The notes under the pieces: generated by a model
The model's input: only the letters and a program-made list of their open reading frames with translations
The model's database searches: none
Told to the model about the DNA's origin: nothing
Translations under genes and position numbers: made by a program
Shown: one piece after another, positions 60,666 to 64,000 of the stretch
Position numbering within the stretch: the first letter of the stretch is position 1
Layout: each line of letters opens with the position of its first letter
DNA from: an uncultured Melioribacter sp.
Lineage (GTDB): Bacteria > Bacteroidota > Ignavibacteria > Kapaibacteriales > Kapaibacteriaceae
DNA length: 64,000 nt
Assembly: GCA_964432155.1 (NCBI GenBank)
Contig: CAYSMF010000001.1
Coordinates: 83,156-147,155, forward strand
Direction of reading: 5' to 3'

Positions 60666-61574
60666 TCAGTTTGGCTGAACGACCATCCATGCGATGCGAT
60701 CCGCTGCACCGAGTGGGACGGATGTCTCCACTGTGAATGTATCGTTGATGTCATCGATCGCAGTGATGCTGAGTCCAATCGTTGTTCCCGCAGGATTCAT
60801 CATCGTTATCAACGGAATCGAGCCAGATGTGATATCCGATCCTACAGCAATCACATGGACAAACGCCCCAACAGCTGGTGTGAAGATTCCTCGACGCACG
60901 TCATACAAGGGTTTGCGCCACTGAAGATCACCCGTTGTCGATGATGTGAGAATCATGCCATCCGATTCAGGTCCAGCTCCGGGTAGTGTGTACGTTACAT
61001 CCTGCGCCTGCTCTCGTGAACGGAATGCCGTGTAGTTCGTTCCTGACGCAAATGGTTCAGCGAAACGAAGTTCCGTGGCAGCACCAGCATTCGACAGAAG
61101 TACTGTAGCGCCAAGATCAATGGGGGCATTGGGCGTCGCAGTCGCGAGACCAATGTAACCCTGGCGTGGACCTGCTGCTCCGATAATGCGGATGCGTTCA
61201 CTACCCTGCGAGGCGATGACAACATCTTGTTCGTTGCTGGTCCCCAGGTATTGTTCGCCGGCGGCAGTGCCACCCTTGGTGATTGATGAGCCAGACAGCC
61301 CCCAGTATGCTGCATCGGACCATGTAAGTGTTGACTGCCCTGCGGTGACATTCGAGACACTGAGTACCTGTCCTGCAGTTCCCTGCTGCGCAGGCAGTAA
61401 CAAGGTGTAGCCGGCAACTCCCGTTTGTGGTAGTGAGAGCGAAACGGTTGCGGGCTGAGTATTGCGCAAATGAAGTGTACCGGTTGTCTGGCTCTGAGCA
61501 ACGAGCTCGATGCTGTTCGATACAGCGATGAGTGTAAACAGCGTGAAAAGCGAACATACACGTAGGTAAAGCAT
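60666..61574 (-). CDS. secreted hypothetical protein with tail-fibre-like motif
   Basis: Signal peptide cleaving at LVA|QS. LLLPAQQGTAGQVLSVSN...TLTWS resembles the P-x-G-T-x-GQVL...L-x-W motif found in phage tail-fibre-like and cell-surface proteins. Confidence 0.5.
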   Translation of the reverse strand: MLYLRVCSLFTLFTLIAVSNSIELVAQSQTTGTLHLRNTQPATVSLSLPQTGVAGYTLLLPAQQGTAGQVLSVSNVTAGQSTLTWSDAAYWGLSGSSITKGGTAAGEQYLGTSNEQDVVIASQGSERIRIIGAAGPRQGYIGLATATPNAPIDLGATVLLSNAGAATELRFAEPFASGTNYTAFRSREQAQDVTYTLPGAGPESDGMILTSSTTGDLQWRKPLYDVRRGIFTPAVGAFVHVIAVGSDITSGSIPLITMMNPAGTTIGLSITAIDDINDTFTVETSVPLGAADRIAWMVVQPN

Positions 61575-61620
61575 ACGATGTCCAACGAGAGTGGTGAAGA
61601 AAGTGTGGTGTCGGTGTTAC

Positions 61621-62367
61621 TCAGGGTGTTACTTCCCAATCGATGTGCTCGGTATCGAGCAACACAGCTGCAGCCTGAATGATGATTGTACCATTCGTCG
61701 TGTTTGTTCGCGTGGTGAGCGCTATGTGAGTAGTGCTGTTTCTAAGCGAAACCGTGACACGCGTACGGTCGGAGATCGGGAACGATGGTGTGAGCGTGAA
61801 CTCGTAGGAGACATTATCACCTTGAATGCTGCCACGCTCGCTTCGTTGTGTTGGCGGTGTTAGAACGATCGTCGAGCCGCGGCGTTCGATACGCAGACCA
61901 TCAACTCCCATGAGCGTCACTGGTCCAGCGACTTCATTAATCGACGTGACTAACCCGGTGAAGGTCGGACTGAGCAGATCGGCCATGCGTGCGTGCTCGG
62001 TTCGCGTAGCATATGGCACGCGGGCGATCGTGATGCGGGGCTGTCGTTCCGGACCTTCGTTGAGGCTGTAGCCGATGGTTGCAGTAGTACTCTCGACAAA
62101 GGCTGCAGGAATGGTGATCGTGGTTCCGTAGACGAGATGGCATCGACCATTGCTAAATCGACCAGACAACGTCTCTGTTGCTAGAGGCACAGTATCGATG
62201 CTCGAAGCATAATACCTCAGTGTGATGCCGTACCAACCGTCAGGAATGGTCTCGTCATCAATCATCAATGCAACGCCAGTTCCAAGCTGCGCAGGAACAT
62301 CCAAGGGAAGTATTGTGATCAGGACGTAGACGAGGACGATGAATCTCATGCAGCATAGTGGCTGCAC
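61621..62367 (-). CDS. secreted hypothetical protein
   Basis: Signal peptide cleaving at VPA|QL. 248 aa. Weak motif similarity (VSLRNSTTHIAL) to the downstream gene. Confidence 0.45.
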   Translation of the reverse strand: MQPLCCMRFIVLVYVLITILPLDVPAQLGTGVALMIDDETIPDGWYGITLRYYASSIDTVPLATETLSGRFSNGRCHLVYGTTITIPAAFVESTTATIGYSLNEGPERQPRITIARVPYATRTEHARMADLLSPTFTGLVTSINEVAGPVTLMGVDGLRIERRGSTIVLTPPTQRSERGSIQGDNVSYEFTLTPSFPISDRTRVTVSLRNSTTHIALTTRTNTTNGTIIIQAAAVLLDTEHIDWEVTP

Positions 62368-62389
62368 GAAGAGTCAACGTGACATGATG

Positions 62390-62893
62390 CTAGCGCGTCG
62401 GAGCGAGCGCTATCGAATCGAGATGCTTTGTGAAGAAGCTACGCACGGCCTGGAAGCGCGGTAAGACAACTTCGAAACCATCGTTCTGATCCCGGCTGTG
62501 CATTGATGGCGCAGCACGCAGCCGATCATTCACGGTAGCACGGACGTACCGGTATTCTTCAAGCGTCATCGACGCTGCGTTAAGATGCTTAACAAGGACC
62601 TGCTGTGTGGCTCGAGCACGATTCGTTGTGCTTGGCAGCGAGGAAACCCCCTCGGCAATCGAGAGCATGGTTGAAATTTGACGTGCAGTAAGCACAGTGT
62701 CGCTGAAGGTTGAGGGACGAGCCGTGAGCTCTTGTTCAATACCTGCTTTCTGTGAGGACATGAACCCAAAGGCCATATTGGCCTCGTTCAATAGGTTCAC
62801 GACAACCGTCAGGAGATAGGTTGCAGCAATGGCTGCAATGATGAACGCAACCCAACGCTTTGTGTTTATGCGGCGAACTGGCTGGTCGCTCAT
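62390..62893 (-). CDS. N-terminally membrane-anchored hypothetical protein
   Basis: 167 aa. Cytoplasmic MSDQPVRRINTKRW, one TM helix, then a periplasmic domain. Confidence 0.45.
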   Translation of the reverse strand: MSDQPVRRINTKRWVAFIIAAIAATYLLTVVVNLLNEANMAFGFMSSQKAGIEQELTARPSTFSDTVLTARQISTMLSIAEGVSSLPSTTNRARATQQVLVKHLNAASMTLEEYRYVRATVNDRLRAAPSMHSRDQNDGFEVVLPRFQAVRSFFTKHLDSIALAPTR

Positions 62894-62905
62894 GCAGCGG
62901 CCTGC

Positions 62906-63184
62906 TCAGAGAATGAGGAAGATTGCGGAGATAGCGCCAATCGTTGCGACAAGATCATGAACACGCGAATCCCGTGGGCGTGTTGCCGGAAGCACAAGAA
63001 GCGCAATAGCAGGAAGTACATGAATCGGAGACGGGTTGATAATGACGGCAGCGGCAAGCGTTACGCATGAGAACCCAAACATCACATGATGCCAGATACC
63101 GAACCGCCGACGAAACACCCTTGCCGCTATACCAAGGCATAGCGTTGCATAGTAGGTCAAACCTGCGATCACATTCGCATCCAT
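62906..63184 (-). CDS. small hypothetical membrane protein (3 TM helices)
   Basis: 92 aa, hydrophobic. First gene downstream of ftsY in a co-directional run. Confidence 0.4.
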   Translation of the reverse strand: MDANVIAGLTYYATLCLGIAARVFRRRFGIWHHVMFGFSCVTLAAAVIINPSPIHVLPAIALLVLPATRPRDSRVHDLVATIGAISAIFLIL

Positions 63185-63213
63185 GTGTCGCTCCCATCGT
63201 GGAGAATCCCCCC

Positions 63214-64000
63214 CTACTGTCCCGGTTGTCCGTCCGAAGCAGCGTCTGAGAACATTGCCTCGACGAACGCGCTCGCATCAAAGACCTGGAGGTCGTCGAT
63301 CCGCTCGCCCACGCCAATATAACGTACAGGGATCTGCATTGCATCAGTAATTGCAAGGACTGCCCCACCTTTTGCCGTTCCGTCGAGCTTTGTCAGCACT
63401 ATGCCGGTGATAGGTGCGACCTTGGTAAACTCCTTAGCCTGCTGGAGGGCATTTTGACCGGTTGTGGCATCAAGGGCCAAAAACACGTCGTGGGGAGCGT
63501 CTGGGTGAATCTTCTTCATTACCCGACCAATCTTTTCCAGCTCCTGCATCAGTCCTTGCTTGTTGTGCAGACGGCCAGCTGTATCAATGATCACGACATC
63601 AGTACCACGAGCTTTGGCAGCTGCCAGCGTATCGTATGCGACCGCAGCTGGGTCAGCGCCATGCTGTTGCTGCACAATATCAACCCCAGCGCGCTGCGCC
63701 CAGACTTCCAGCTGTTCATTAGCGGCAGCACGGAAGGTGTCGGCAGCACCGATGAGGACGCTACGACCTGCTCGCTTGTAGTTGTGCGCAAGCTTGCCAA
63801 TGGTAGTCGTCTTCCCTACGCCATTGACCCCGATAAGCATGATCACATGGGGCTTCTGCGTTTCGTCTATTGCGAAGGTGGCATCGTTTTGTGCCGATGG
63901 TGATTGCGCAACCATGGCAGCGATTTCTTCTTTGAGCACGTCAAGAATCAACCCTGCATCCTGGATGTTGTCCTTACGGACGCGATCAGTCAGACGGGAG
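63214..64000 (-). CDS. ftsY: signal recognition particle receptor FtsY (NG domain; 5' end beyond the window)
   Basis: IMLIGVNGVGKTTTIGKLA, DTAGRLHNK, TKLDGTAKGG. The frame stays open to the window edge. Confidence 0.9.
   Translation of the reverse strand, partial: SRLTDRVRKDNIQDAGLILDVLKEEIAAMVAQSPSAQNDATFAIDETQKPHVIMLIGVNGVGKTTTIGKLAHNYKRAGRSVLIGAADTFRAAANEQLEVWAQRAGVDIVQQQHGADPAAVAYDTLAAAKARGTDVVIIDTAGRLHNKQGLMQELEKIGRVMKKIHPDAPHDVFLALDATTGQNALQQAKEFTKVAPITGIVLTKLDGTAKGGAVLAITDAMQIPVRYIGVGERIDDLQVFDASAFVEAMFSDAASDGQPGQ

Overview
This is a gene-dense, high-GC (about 60% by eye) bacterial chromosomal window that is mostly core metabolism and DNA-repair genes. Three observations point to an FCB-group (Bacteroidota/Rhodothermota/Chlorobiota-like) genome: a T9SS-type C-terminal sorting tail on a secreted metalloprotease, signal peptides that repeatedly cleave to leave N-terminal Gln (A|Q), and near absence of Shine-Dalgarno sequences. 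The tmRNA tag (A)DNFGYRMAA resembles Chlorobi-type tags. 

Recognisable genes in order:
- acyl-CoA carboxyltransferase (5' partial) and a fused FAD-oxidase/Fe-S (GlcD-GlcF-like) protein
- GT2 glycosyltransferase, MATE efflux pump, ECF sigma/anti-sigma pair, NupC
- dnaE and a T9SS-CTD metalloprotease
- phnE-phnC (phnD sits 29 kb away)
- HAD hydrolase, cmk, ispH, then tmRNA (ssrA) followed directly by tRNA-Gly(CCC)
- recA-recX, where the recX reading frame runs without a stop into a signal-peptide/TolB-like/OmpA-domain ORF
- comEC, pgeF, a Kgd/OdhA-type multifunctional 2-oxoglutarate dehydrogenase, ppx/gppA, methylmalonyl-CoA mutase
- a TPR / HicB-like / membrane / CPBP-protease / TPR cluster
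- rpmB, uvrA (translationally coupled to a flippase-like membrane protein and a ferredoxin-NADP reductase)
- sucC, a DUF948/YtxH pair, kdsC, prmA, mfd, tsaB, cytochrome c peroxidase, purB with an overlapping cytochrome-c/FG-GAP protein
- a six-gene minus-strand operon of uncharacterised membrane and secreted proteins (Gly-rich beta-helix-like and tail-fibre-like) downstream of ftsY (5' partial at the window end)

There is no CRISPR array and no obvious mobile element. Several adjacent same-strand gene pairs are joined by ATGA stop/start overlaps; many convergent pairs also abut or overlap. The best candidates for something undescribed are the six-gene secreted/membrane operon, the HicB-like/membrane/CPBP module and the recX fusion ORF. 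I cannot demonstrate a defined novel system from sequence alone.
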